Origin: Balanoglossus misakiensis
Taxonomy: Eukaryota; Animalia; Hemichordata
Length of the DNA stretch: 64,000 nucleotides
Direction of reading: 5' to 3'
NCBI GenBank assembly: GCA_040954595.2
Contig: CM082584.2
Location: 6,018,110 to 6,082,109 of the forward strand
Under the pieces are notes generated by a model. It had not been told where the DNA came from. It ran no database searches and was given only the letters and a program-made list of their open reading frames with translations. Made by a program: the position numbers and the translations under genes. Below, piece after piece: positions 37,601 to 52,600 of this stretch (the first letter of the stretch is position 1; every line of letters starts with the position of its first letter).

Positions 37601-40600
37601 CGCGATGTCAAGGTATTTGTCAGTTACTTCTAATCGTGGTTAAGTTGAATGAGCGGATTTTCGTATTTTATTGCCGTCATTCTTATACCTTGGATTTGTA
37701 ATGTGTAAATAGATCCCAAGTACTAAATATATCGCGAACTATTGGACAATTAAAAATGATATAGTTTCGCCCACAGACTTGCATTTCAAACTAATTTCAT
37801 GTGGGTATATGTATTTCAGCTCAAATTTCGCGGTTTAATGTATTTAATATTCATCAGAACTACTTTCATGTTCCTCCTCCCCGGCCACCTTGCAGGTGTT
37901 TATGGAGAAGTCCATGTCGAAGAGGCGGGGAATCCCTGTGATGCAAATCCGTGTCTGAATGGTGGGCTTTGCATACGAACCAGTCCTGGTTTCGTCTGTA
38001 GCTGTCCAGCAGGCTATGGCGGGACCTCCTGTGAGACATGTATGTACAACAAAGTCCGGTATTTGTAAATGCTTACGCTGTTAATCGGTATCGAACAAAA
38101 TCTTACATTGACAATCAACAATGTACTTTTTTTTATTTATATTCGGTTCTGCCATACTAATAATTTTTGTTGATCAATTTTCATTTTTTGCCGGCGAGTA
38201 TTGTTACAGACAACCAACCGATTCACGATGCAGTTTCTTAGAATTCAGATGATTTACATCATATCTCTAAATCGTTTCAACTGTATTGCAAATTAAAGTG
38301 TTTGTGTAAACTGTTACTACACGTCATTATATGTTTTCTTCCAGTGGTTATGGTGCCGGTGGACGTTACAACCGCCATTGCTCACGAAAAATGCAAATCT
38401 GTGACTATAACTTGGGACGCAAGCGGAGTTGGATCAGAACCATCAACGTATGAAGTGCTGGGCAATGAACTCGACAAAAGCGAAAAGCTTGTTTTGTGTA
38501 CAAGTGTTCACCCGGAAACATCGTGTGTGGCCGAGAATGTGCAACAAGCTGAAACGTACTTGTTTGAAATTGTTTCAATCGATGGATCGGATAGAGTTGT
38601 CAGCGACGCCAAAACGTTCACTGGAGTGGGTGAGTAGAATAGGTTGTACTATGAGATTGATCTAATACCACGCATTATGTCCGCTGCCCTGCGAGAAGCT
38701 ATTACTTATATTCTCTATGGTAACTATTCCAGTTATGATTATTGCCTGATGTGGTTCGATTTTTTCTGGAAAGATTATGTCAACTTCGATTCAATTAATT
38801 AATTAAAAAAACTCAGTAGTTGACAGCGATCGAATGCACGGAATGAGGTAAATTGAAAATGTGAGTGAAGTTGACGGTAAACGCAGTAGACTTGACGAAA
38901 TTATAACATTAGCATTTTGATCAGACGTGCTTTATATCGCATAGTACAGTTTCTGAATATCATACGGTATTGCCACAAATATATTACACGCGTCGTAGTT
39001 TGTGTAATCGGAAGTGTCGGAGAACAAATAACTGTTATTTGAACAATTATAGTATATATCAAACTTTGCATCGCTATGCGGATCCTGATAGAGATCACTT
39101 TTGGCCAATCAGGCACTTCCATTGCTTTGCCCAATCACTTTTCAGCTCGCCCTCTCAAATGTAGCAATTAGTGCTTGATATTACGTCCGCCTCATGTTCA
39201 ATTGCAACTTTAGGAAATTTCCCCGCCAGTTGGGTTCTAGCGGTTGAGTAGTTAACATCGCCCGTTACAGCAATAAACGTGCTTTTTGCACTATACTTGT
39301 TTTCGTACCTTGTTCATTTAAAATACCGCAACAGGAAGTTCCATGTTCTACATTCCAATGTGTCAATAACTATTGCCCTGTTCACAACCAACAGACAATC
39401 CAGCGTACACAACGTGTCCCAGTGACCCAGACCCAGTCAACGCAGGCAGCGAGGACCAAGCCCAGGTTTGGTGGGAGGAACCGCAGACCGACTGCTTGGG
39501 ACCAGACACCATCGGAACCTCATCTCACCGTCCCGGTGACCACTTCCCCGTTGGGACGACAAAGGTCGCGTACTCGTTGATTGACAGCGCTTCTGTTGTT
39601 GACACTTGCGAATTCGATGTCATTGTGCAAGGTAAGGGACTCTATTTGACCTTTTATATTTAGTTACCTGCTAACCGTGTTAAAATACTGTTTCAATTCA
39701 ACAGCTAACGAAACTCAATACAATGACTTACAGTGTGTCCACTGAATACATAAATCCAAGGTAATTCACTACTTAAAACAGAAATCTGAGATGCGCTCAA
39801 CTGGGTAGAATTTATCCAAATTCTTAGTTTGGTTGCAACAAATTTAGCCTTGAAATGGACCGAAGTCAGCTATAGTTTGGCAAAAAGTTCGGTTATCACA
39901 CTTCGGAGCATTTTATACCACGTTTTAGACCCAACTGAAAAAGTTGGAGGCGAACAATGGGTATATACTTTAATGTATTGACACAGTTCCCACCACAGAC
40001 GAACAAAACATATTTACCACATGTTTACATAGCCTCCTGTTTGAGATGGTTTGTGGCTGCCCCTGTATGTTGTACGTTGCAGACAAGCTTGAATAATAAT
40101 AATAATTATAATAATACGCGATGGTACAATCTGTATCCTTGTCAGCTAAATATCTGATCATGTTTGGTTTTACACTTTCCTTCATAGAATCAACCAATGA
40201 TGGCAGCTCAAAGGTCAAATGTACAGATGACCAATCTGGTAAGAAGATTGTCTACATTAAATTTTGTTATTTTACATCGCTTTTCGGATAAAGTTCACAT
40301 CACTCTGTAAAGTCGTTTGAAGTGTTTCATAATGGTTAATCTTTCACTCCTGACAAGTTTCAATAATTAGTTTTTCGCATTTGATAGAAATATACTATAT
40401 AACACCTGTCAACTGAAATATTCTCTGGCTAATATTGAGAGTGAAGTTTTGTAATCTATATTTTAGTTAAACGTTTTAATAGACGTTGAAAATGCCACAG
40501 TGACTGCAGAATTTACTTATTTTATTTACACGAGGACCTCTCGACGGCATTTACCATCATCATCAAATTATGTTGTTCGCATTTGCTTTATGTATGGCGT

Positions 40601-43600
40601 GTGGCATACGTATTACGGGGATTTCATTTCGAGTACGTGGCCATTGTCGAAAGAGCGTAGTAAGATGAAAAGAATACCTAACAAACCCTTTTTTCTACAG
40701 TTGTTTTTCCTGACGTGTTCATTGACGCCAAAGTCGACGAACGATGCGTGGATTACATCACCATAAGTTGGTCGCTGGATCCCTGTGTGGATCCTGTGTA
40801 TGACGTTGGAAGTTACACCATCACCATCGATCCCGCCACGGTGGAAGGTCAGACACAATTCGATCTGCAAGAGGAAGAGGTTCTGAATGATTTGTACGAC
40901 CCCATCACTAGACGAATGGTTTACACAATTGCAACCGTCCTGCCCGAGGTTTCATATGAAATCACTATTCTTGTCCGAGATACAGATGGTGCCAACGAAG
41001 CGACAATAAGTATCATAAGCGGTAAGAAGTTACGTTTTACCACTAATCACCAATCTATCATTGAAAAAGCAAAATGTCGTTATTTTGCAAATTTAATTGT
41101 TTGCTTTGTTCATAAAGATAAAGTTGTGTGGGTTGAACCTTGTGCTACAACGATGCTGCAATAACGCTCATAAATGGTGAGAAGGCTATATGTATATGGG
41201 TACATGGGCGTTATAAGTAATTCTCTTGTACTTTCTTGGCTCTGATTCTTCTTGACTTAGTTATAATCACATTCGCTCTATCGGGATGTTAGTTATGTAG
41301 CAGAGTCCCGCTTTAAATGACAGCATATGAGTAACTGGACACGGTCAACACATGCGTCAACTGCCATTTCAGGAAAACGGCCAATTGTTTTGTCACATTC
41401 CCGCTAATCTCTCGTGTTGCTCACCGAGGCGACACCTTGATGGTCGGCGTTTGTTTTTCTTTATTGTAACTGGTGGGAAATCTGGTGGTGACGTCATACC
41501 AACGAGAGAGATAAGCGGGAACATGACAGCATCATCAGAATACGAGACATGGGGGTCAGATCAACTATCAGCTGAGCACAACACCTTTATCACAATGTTT
41601 TGCCTGCCTAATGAAAGTGTCTATAAATCGCATGGCTTAAATACATGTACATTTATGTAAATGTTGATTCGTTCGAGGATCACTGGTGCATGTAAGCTTG
41701 CTTATACATTGATTAACAAGACCGACTATCACACGCCCTTCCTTGCAGATGACATCTGCTTCTATGCATTAAATCCGTGTCTAAATGGCGCCACTTGTTG
41801 CGATGATGGTGTAAACTATGAGTGCCGATGTGCAGGTGATTATGAAGGAGTTCACTGTGAAGACGATGGAAATCCTTGTGACCCAAATCCATGTCAAAAT
41901 GCTGGATTGTGCATTCGACAATATCCCGGAATGGTATGCAGCTGTCCAATTGGCTATGGCGGTACCTATTGTGAGACATGTAAGTACATGCAGACCATAT
42001 TGTTGTTATTTCATCCATTTTGCTATTACCATGTAATCTGCTTCGTCGCCAAATTCTGAATCGCTGTGCAACTCCAATGGCGATTTATTAGATTTATCGT
42101 ATTTTCCTCAACCGTGGTAGTTGTCGGTGTCATTCTGTGCCCATATGTTTATGTGTTTTCTGTCATGTACTATACAATGTATAGTTGCATTCTTTACTGA
42201 TACCTCTACTACGTCGGTGACATTAAACACTATTGGAAATTACAGTGCGAATAAGAGAGATTCAACGCCAGATACACTAAGTCAATACATGTATATAGTT
42301 AGAATTACAGTTACTCAGTAAATGTATGTGAGTTACAGGATTGTTCTATTTATATAATTATTATCATATGCAAAAAAGATAGATGGATACATAATCAATA
42401 AGAATATTGTTTTTTTCCTGTTGAAGTGGTGCTGGTTCCCGTCGATTGCTCACTAAACGTCGTTGAAGCACACTGCACATCAGCTTTGATAGACTGGGAA
42501 GAAAGTGGAGTTGGTTTACAACCGGAAAGGTATGAAGTGTATGGAAACGTAATCGGTGAAACAGAAAAACTCTTCTTGTGTGGATGTGACTACCCGGAAA
42601 CATCGTGCCTGGCAGAGAACTTGGTGAAAAGTGCAACGTACCTCTATGAGATTGTGAGCATCGCGGGAGAGGATAGTGTCGCCTGTGAAGAAACTCAGAC
42701 ATTCAATCTAAAAGGTGAGGAAAGGTCATAAACAAACTTGTATTTGTTGGAATTCGAACTGAAAACTCTATAACTTACAGACAGTTGAACATTTTCAGAT
42801 TCATGGGTTGGATGTCAACGTACAACAGTAAATTGGGTAATAGCTCCGTCAGTTTGAACTGTGTCAATTAGAATATTGCAAAACAACAAAATAAATCTTC
42901 ATAAAGAAGATCTAAACTGTGATGGTCCATAGAGAGAGACAATTATTTCTTTTCTACATACAAAGTGTAATCGATCTGTCTACATCTCTTTCTGATATGC
43001 AGTAATAAGTTACTGTGTTCATAACTAACATATTGATCTTAACTGCAGATGAGCCTGCCTACACGTCTTGCCCTGAAAACCCTGACGCAGAATATGCTGA
43101 TGGTGTTGATGAAGTCCAGATCTGGTGGGAGGAACCGGTGATTGAATGCCCGAGTTCGGAAACATTAGATAGGTCTTCACATAAGTCTGGTGATTTCTTC
43201 CCGATAGGGACCACTACTGTGACGTATGAACTGATTGAATCTGCTGTCATAGTAGATACCTGTATATTCGACGTGGTTGTTGTAGGTACGTCCTGGTGTC
43301 ATGTTCTGTAAAACAGAACTATGACAATCAATGTTCAACTATCACTTTAACTGGTACTGGAGGTACTGGTAAGACACAGTGATTTGTTCCCTAAGTGTGC
43401 TTAATACCAAACAATTGTCCCCCCCCCCCCCCCGTGGAGTAAATTCTACCTCTTTTTCATGATTATCTTCTCCGAGGTAAATGCTGGGACCAAAAATGTT
43501 GGGGTTTGAAATTGTACACATGCACTGCAAAATGCACCTTTTATCATACAATAACTTATAACTTATATTCTTTGGTAACTACCATATAAGGTCCAAGAGG

Positions 43601-46600
43601 CTACCTAAGTTTGACTCGTGGACGTTAGTATTCCCAAAAACAGTCAATGTTAAGCAATTAATGTATGTACACTGTCTGATTTCAGAGCGTGGCGTATGTA
43701 CAGCTTACGGAGATCCCCACTACATTTCCTTCAACAACGAGTATTATGATTTCCAAGGTGTGTGTACATACGTATTGGTTGCAACCAGCCAAGCCGTGTC
43801 TCCTCAGTTCAACGTCACAGTCTTAAATGTAGAGTCAGAATCCAATCCAGATTATTCAATCACCAAAGAAGTCAATGTGACGATCTTCAACACAGTGAGT
43901 AGTATATTTTGACGATGGTTTTATGCCTAATGTCATAGACAGCTTTACTATTGTCAATTCTGGAATTTACCAGATAATAAGATATAATTACTTTCAAGGG
44001 TTCATTCTACATACTTCAAACAAATTACCAACATTGTAAATTTGTATCTTCGACATGCTGGTTTCCATGATAACGTTAACTAAATATCTCTTTTTTGTCC
44101 GTGTGCTACCTGTTATCATTCCAGCTAATTACTTTGATGGAAGATGGTGAAGTGCGAATAAATGGAATAAGAGTACGCCTGCCAGTGAACCCCGCTGATG
44201 GTGTCTTTGTCATCCAAAATGGAATGTTGGTAGTGAGTACACAATCTATTTACTAACATTTACAACATTTATCTTGAATTCCTACAGTTGTTATACCTAC
44301 ATACCAGCCATCTTTATCAGACGAGTATCACAGTCAACCTACATTCGAGGTCAACATGAAAAATATATGCCGACGCTAAGCTGTGCACTTCAGATGTCCC
44401 ATAATATCCACACAAGGCGGAAAGTATCCGCGCATAGAAAGATATCGTCTCAGTGTGCCTTGGTCGACATACCGGACACACTTCAAAGAACACCTCCTGC
44501 TACAAACAGACGTCCAGTACTGTGTACGTAGTATATATCTCTCATTCTCACAATTATACCCTTTGCCTTACAGACTGTCTACACTGATTTCGGGGTCATC
44601 GTCAGCTTTGATGGAGACAATCAAGTGGTAGCCAAAGTGCCAGCAAATCCGTACAAGTTTGAAGTTGCTGGTCTCTGTGGTCATTACGGAGAAACAGGCT
44701 ATCATAAGCCTGGTGGTAGTAAGGTAAATGACATCACCTTTGAACGGTCTTTGCGAGTGTTTGTTAATGTACTATATTCATTGGGTTGGGTTCCAGAAAA
44801 ACTATACTGGGACTGAAGCGAAAGTTGCAGTTCTATACATATATATCTCTGTGCTAACAATACGAAATCATCTTTAACAAATATAATAATGTGCGTTTGT
44901 TAGGATCGTAGCTCTCGATGATTAATAGTATAATCCTTCAACGAATGTAATGGTAAACGTTACACATTTTAATAAGCAAATGTGGAAAAATGTATCGATT
45001 TGCTGGATGCAATGTGACTAAATTTGCTCGGGAATATACTCAATACTGATTGGACGATTTTACCAATAATTTTTGTTAGGGTTCGGGAGTTTACCTCCAG
45101 GTTCGAGATAATATAGAATATAAAAGTTTCTATAAATTTCAATTTCTGGAAATGTTCAAAGGTTACATACATTTCAATCCTCAAAATAACAAACCGAGAG
45201 CAGAAACATTTATGTTTACCTGCTAATACCAATTGCAAATAAACGCAAGCATTCGTCTGCTCCACAGGGAGAATATACTTGTTATTCTGTATTTCAGTAC
45301 TTTTTATTTTGGCTTCACAGACAGGTGACGTGAACGAGTTTGGTGATAGCTGGGCGACTCAAGAGTGTAAACCAACAAATACGTCGACATGTCCAACGCC
45401 CGGTGGATCCGATGAGTGCAGCATCATCACAGATCCCTCAGGTAGAGTAATTGTGTTAGTGCATGACAATTTGTTTTTTTTTCAATCGGATTCATGGGAA
45501 AAGACCATTGTTATTTAATTTTATTATGTTACTTTATGTTATTACTTTAGAAAAACATAAACATTGACTTGTAACCGTCGTTATTACACACGTCTATGTA
45601 GAAGTGAAAGGTCATTTTATAGTTTAGAAGGCCACTAACATTTTCCTTTGTTACGTTCTCATACTAAAATTTGTGTATACCTTGAATAAATGAAGAATTC
45701 ATATGTTACACTTACTCTATTCGCAGGCCCGTTTGCTGAATGCCATGATGACGTGGTTCCTGACCCATACTATGATGCCTGTCTGGTTGATTTCTGTGCT
45801 ACTGGGGAATATTGTCCAGCCATAGAGGCATACGCACGTCGATGTAGAGAACTTGGAGTTCCCATTGATCATGACTGGAGGAATGAGGATTTCTGTCGTG
45901 AGTTCCTTTTGGCTTTATAACATGGCGCATAATTATTTACACACAGTATTTTTGTATCCAGGTTTTATTATTTGGAGTTCATCTAGTTTGTATAAGGGAA
46001 TTGTTCGCATTCATTTGTCAACAATATTTAAATACATATTGCAAATGTGCAGGTTGTGTTGGAAAGCCAAATGCCAGGACTTCAGTTATTGTGCGCAGAA
46101 CATTAACAAACACAAGTCGCAGCTTTAAAGTTGACTTACATGTACCTACACATTTGCTAACAGCTGTGACATGTCCAAATGGTACTGAATACTATTCATG
46201 TGGGCCTGCATGTATGAACACCTGTGCTGAGCCACCGGCGGAAGCTGGTAAGACCTGTCCAATCACTGAATGCGTCGAGGGGTGTTTTTGCCCAAATGGC
46301 ACTGTGCTGGATGGAGATAAGTGTGTTGACCCGACTCTCTGTGGATGCCTGACCAATGGATCTTACCATTCTGTAAGTACTGCAATTATGCCAATAATGT
46401 GTAAACAAACACTAACAACAAAACAAAGCTATACCCATGTATGCTGCAAATGTCAAGATTGTAACATGTACGTGGCAAACGCCCATGACAAAAGCGTATA
46501 CACAACTCCTGTGACATATGCTGAAAATTACTTTTGTGTCTACAGAGGTCATTTCTTGCAACGTGATATGAGTCTGCAATGTGAACCTTCAAAACTTGTA

Positions 46601-49600
46601 TAAGCATTATCCATTATTTCACAATAAGGGTGCACTTATGTTACCCCGACAATAATATGTATATTAAGCTGTCTGTGGTTGGATGGACCCTCCCTTTAAA
46701 CACACGACTATTTATTACACAGTCGACTGATAAGATGCTGTTGGTTTTTATTGTTAAGACAAATAGTTGATTTCTTGCAGATCGGAGATATTGTAGTTAG
46801 CCCGGACTGCTCAATGATGTGTACATGTACAGAAAATAAGGAAATGGAGTGTTCACAAGTTGTATGTCACCAAAATTCAACTTGTTCAATACGTAATGGT
46901 GTAAGGAAATGTTATTGCGATGAACCATATTATGAAGGAAATGGATACTACTGCAGAAGTGAGTAAAATATATTTGCTGCTATTACAGATATTTTTGCTT
47001 ATTAACAGAATTAATTAATTTAATGTTTGCACAATATGGAATACAATCAGATACGGCAAACACTTTCAATTGTATATTGATTGATGTGTATACTATTGCA
47101 ATGACTGACCAAATGGTATATTCAGTATGCATGAACGAAGTGAATGGATAGTATCTAACATATGCAAATACTCTAACCTATGACATAAAAGTATTGACGT
47201 ATCGAAAAGATTTTGCATCACCAAGAAGCGAGACTGATGAGTTGATATAAACGTCAGTGATAACTTTTTGGGCAACGAAAACTTTCTTCTGAAAAAGTGA
47301 CACTTTCTTTTCACATAGAAAAATGTGAAGACCCAGGATCTCCCGAATATGGTGGACAGAACGAAAATTATGAGTATCCTGTGTCCACTGGAACAAAAGT
47401 CACATACTACTGTGATGTGGACTACATGCTGTATGATTCAAACACCACGACGTGCATGGACAACTCATTCACCGTATGTGAATTAGGCTATTGGTCAGAC
47501 CCTGTTCCTGAATGCAGAAAAGGATGCGATGACCCAGGTACTCCCGAGCAAGGCCAACAGGTAGGAGATATTCAGTATCCAGTGTGTACGGGAACAGTAG
47601 TGAACTATGAATGCGATGTATTGCATGAACTTGTAGGTTCCCCATCTACCACATGTCAAGACGGGATTTGGAGTGATCCCGCGCCAATATGTCAGCCGAT
47701 GTGTACAGACCCTGGCACACCAGATAATGGTTTCCAGGTAGGGAACCCCAGCTACCCTGTTTCAGAAGGCACGGAGGTGGAATTTGCATGTAATGAAGGC
47801 TTTTCATTGTATGACGAGAACACATGCCTAGAAACATATAGCACCTTTTGTATTGACGGAAGCTGGACAGAACCTGTTCCAGTATGTCAGCCAGTTTGTG
47901 ATGACCCTGGTGACCCTGACAATGGTAATCAAGTAAACCCCCCAACATATCCCGTTTGTGAAGGCACCACTGTTCTTTATGAATGCGATGACATGCACGA
48001 GCTGATTGGTTCAGAATCGACAACCTGCAATGATGGAGGGTGGTCAGAAGAAGTTCCCGAGTGTAGAATCATGTGTACAGATCCTGGAACACCTCAGTAT
48101 GGTTGTCAAATTGGTGATCCGCAGTACCCTGTTTCCAATGGGACAGTTGTCGAATTTTGTTGCAATACAAATTATGATTTGATAGATCCAACAGACGCAA
48201 CATGTCTTGAAAGTTACAGCACAATTTGTATTGATGGTAAATGGTCAGAACCAAACCCAATATGTGAAGCAGAATGTAATGATCCTGGCACACCATCCAA
48301 TGGCACCCAAGTTGGAGATGTCGAGTATCCTGTATGTTCAGGGACATCAGTGTCCTTTACCTGTGATGATAGGCATGAAATGCACGGAAATGAAACAATA
48401 ACATGCATTGATGGTGACTGGACATCCCCAATACCAAGCTGCAATCCAACCTGTGAAGATCCTGGCGCTCCAAATAATGGACATCAAATCGGAGACCATG
48501 ATTATCCCGTGAGTGACGGACATGTAGTCAACTTTGGATGTGATGATACCTATGTCTTGTTTGATAATGAAACAAAGGAGTGCATTGAAAGTTCATACAC
48601 AACATGTGACAACGGAGTGTGGAACAACAGTCTTCCTTTGTGTAAGAGAGCTTGTGATGATCCTGGTTCTCCTGCCTATGGGTCTCAGGTGCAAAATTAT
48701 ACATATCCTGTTTGCACTGCTACTGTTATCGAGTATCAATGTAATGTAGGTTTTGAACTAGTTGGTGGACATGCAACAATTTGCCATGATTTCGAGTGGA
48801 TGAGTTTTAATCGACCCTATTGTCGACCTACATGTGAAGACCTTGGTAGCCCAGAAAATGGTTATCAAATCAACCCACCAGAATACCCTTGTAGCCAATA
48901 CTATGAGCTAGATTTTGGATGCAACGAAGGTTACTCTCTTCATGACCCAGAGAATTATGACTGTGCAGACTCCTACACAAGTATTTGTCTAAATGGCACT
49001 TGGTCTGAACCATTACCCCTCTGCCAACTTGAATGTGATGATCCCGGACAACCCGATAATGGGCAACAGATTGGTAATCCTGCATATCCAGTCTGCTCTG
49101 GTACTACTGTTAGTTTCAGTTGTGATGAGGGGCATGAACTTATTGGGGTAGATATGTTAACATGCCAAAATGGCTTGTGGAACGACGATCCACCAACCTG
49201 TTCACCAACCTGTGAAGATCCAGGTAACCCAGAAAATGGACAGCAGATAGGAGATAATCAATACCCAGTCAGCAACGGAACAGTCTTGTACTTTGATTGC
49301 AATGAGGACTACTCATTGTATGATGCCGATTTGACAGTCTGTTTGGACGAATACAGTATGGTATGCATCAATGGCAATTGGACAGAACCTCTTCCAATCT
49401 GCCAAATTATGTGCAGTGATCCAGGCACACCTGAGAATGGTGAATATAAGAATGTGCCACAGTTTCCAGTATGTGAAGGAACGCAGCTTGAATATGTCTG
49501 TGATCCTCTGTATGAGTTGATTGGTTCAGAAATAACAGTGTGTCAAAATGGAATGTGGTCAGATCCAGTTCCTGAATGCAGAATCATGTGTACAGATCCT

Positions 49601-52600
49601 GGCGACCCTGAAAATGGATACCAAGTTGGTGACCCTAAGTATCCAGCCTCAGAAGGAACAGAAGTAAGCTTTGAGTGTGATCCCGGCTATTCTCTCCATG
49701 ATCCCGACACTGACACTTGTGAAGATTCTTGGTCAACAGTATGTGTAGATGGCAACTGGACAGAGCCAGTACCAGATTGTCGACTTGAGTGTGATGACCC
49801 AGGTGCACCAGACAATGGACATGAAAAAGAAGATCCTGCATACCCTGTCTGTTCTGGTACGAACGTGACATATGTCTGTGATGCTGGACATCAGCTCATC
49901 GGTGACCCAACATTGACATGTCAAGATGGATCTTGGGATTATCTTGTTCCTGAGTGTACACCAACCTGCGATGATCCTGGTACACCTGATAACGGATTCC
50001 AGGCTGGAGACCCTGAATACCCAGTGCTCGATGGAACAGTTGTCGAATTTGGTTGCTTTGATGGGTATTCTTTGTATGATAATCAGACAGAGGTTTGCCT
50101 AGATAATTACACCTCACAATGCCAGAATCAACAATGGTCAGACCCTGTGCCAATTTGTCAAGCAACTTGTACTGATCAAGGGGTCCCAGAAAATGGACAA
50201 CAGGTTAACACAGTCACATACCCTGTATGTGAAGGAACAATTGTGGAGTATCAATGTGATGATATGTATGAACTCATTGGTGAAAGTACGAGTGTCTGCC
50301 AGAATGGTATTTGGACCAGCCCTGTTCCTGAATGCAGAATCATGTGTGATGATCCTGGAACACCTCAGTATGGTTGTCAAATTGGTGATCCACAGTATCC
50401 TGTTTCAAATGGGACGGTTGTCGAATTTTGTTGCAATACAAATTATGATCTGATAGATCCAACAGACGCAACCTGTCTTGAAAGTTACAGCACAATTTGT
50501 ATTGATGGTAAATGGTCAGAACAAAACCCAACTTGTGAAGCAGAATGTAATGATCCTGGCACGCCATCTGATGGCACTCAAGTTGGAGATGTCGAGTATC
50601 CTGTATGTTCAGGGACATCAGTGTCCTTTACCTGTGATGATAGGCATGAAATGCATGGAAATGAAACAATAACATGCATTGATGGTGACTGGACATCCCC
50701 AATACCAAGCTGCAATCCAACCTGCGAAGATCCTGGCACACCAAGTAATGGACATCAAATAGGAGACCATGATTATCCTGTGAGTGACGGACATGTAGTC
50801 AACTTTGGATGTGATGATACCTATGTCTTGTTCAATAATGTAACAAAGGATTGCATTGAAAGTGCATACACAACATGTGACAATGGCACATGGACCAACC
50901 CTCTCCCGTTATGTAAGAGAGCATGCGACGATCCTGGTTATCCTGTCCATGGGTCTCAGGTGCAAAATTATACATATCCTGTTTGCACTGCTACCCTAGT
51001 TGAGTATCAATGTAATGAGGGTTTTGAGCTAGTTGGTGGACATGCAACAATTTGCCATGATTACGATTGGATGAGTTTTAATCGACCCTATTGTCGACCT
51101 ACATGTGAAGACCTTGGTAGCCCAGAAAATGGTTATCAAATCAACCCACCAGAATACCCTTGTAGCCAATACTATGAGCTAGATTTTGGATGCAACGAAG
51201 GTTACTCTCTTCATGACCCAGAGAATTATGACTGTGCAGACTCCTACACAAGTATTTGTCTAAATGGCACTTGGTCTGAACCATTACCCCTCTGCCAACT
51301 TGAATGTGATGATCCCGGACAACCCGATAATGGGCAACAGATTGGTAATCCTGCATATCCAGTCTGCTCTGGTACTACTGTTAGTTTCAGTTGTGATGAG
51401 GGGCATGAACTTATTGGGGTAGATATGTTAACATGCCAAAATGGCTTGTGGAACGACGATCCACCAACCTGTTCACCAACCTGTGAAGATCCAGGTAACC
51501 CAGAAAATGGACAGCAGATAGGAGATAATCAATACCCAGTCAGCAACGGAACAGTCTTGTACTTTGATTGCAATGAGGACTACTCATTGTATGATGCCGA
51601 TTTGACAGTCTGTTTGGACGAATACAGTATGGTATGCATCAATGGCAATTGGACAGAACCTCTTCCAATCTGCCAAATTATGTGCAGTGATCCAGGCACA
51701 CCTGAGAATGGTGAATATAAGAATGTGCCACAGTTTCCAGTATGTGAAGGAACGCAGCTTGAATATGTCTGTGATCCTCTGTATGAGTTGATTGGTTCAG
51801 AAATAACAGTGTGTCAAAATGGAATGTGGTCAGATCCAGTTCCTGAATGCAGAATCATGTGTACAGATCCTGGCGACCCTGAAAATGGATACCAAGTTGG
51901 TGACCCTAAGTATCCAGCCTCAGAAGGAACAGAAGTTATCTTTGAGTGTGATCCCGGCTATTCTCTCCATGATCCCGACACTGACACTTGTGAAGATTCT
52001 TGGTCAACAGTATGTGTAGATGGCAACTGGACAGAGCCAGTACCAGATTGTCGACTTGAGTGTGATGACCCAGGTGCACCAGACAATGGACATGAAAAAG
52101 AAGATCCTGCATACCCTGTCTGTTCTGGTACGAACGTGACATATGTCTGTGATGCTGGACATCAGCTCATCGGTGACCCAACATTGACATGTCAAGATGG
52201 ATCTTGGGATTATCTTGTTCCTGAGTGTACACCAACCTGCGATGATCCTGGTACACCTGATAACGGATTCCAGGCTGGAGACCCTGAATACCCAGTGCTC
52301 GATGGAACAGTTGTCGAATTTGGTTGCTTTGATGGGTATTCTTTGTATGATAATCAGACAGAGGTTTGCCTAGATAATTACACCTCACAATGCCAGAATC
52401 AACAATGGTCAGACCCTGTGCCAATTTGTCAAGCAACTTGTACTGATCAAGGGGTCCCAGAAAATGGACAACAGGTTAACACAGTCACATACCCTGTATG
52501 TGAAGGAACAATTGTGGAGTATCAATGTGATGATATGTATGAACTCATTGGTGAAAGTACGAGTGTCTGCCAGAATGGTATTTGGACCAGCCCTGTTCCT

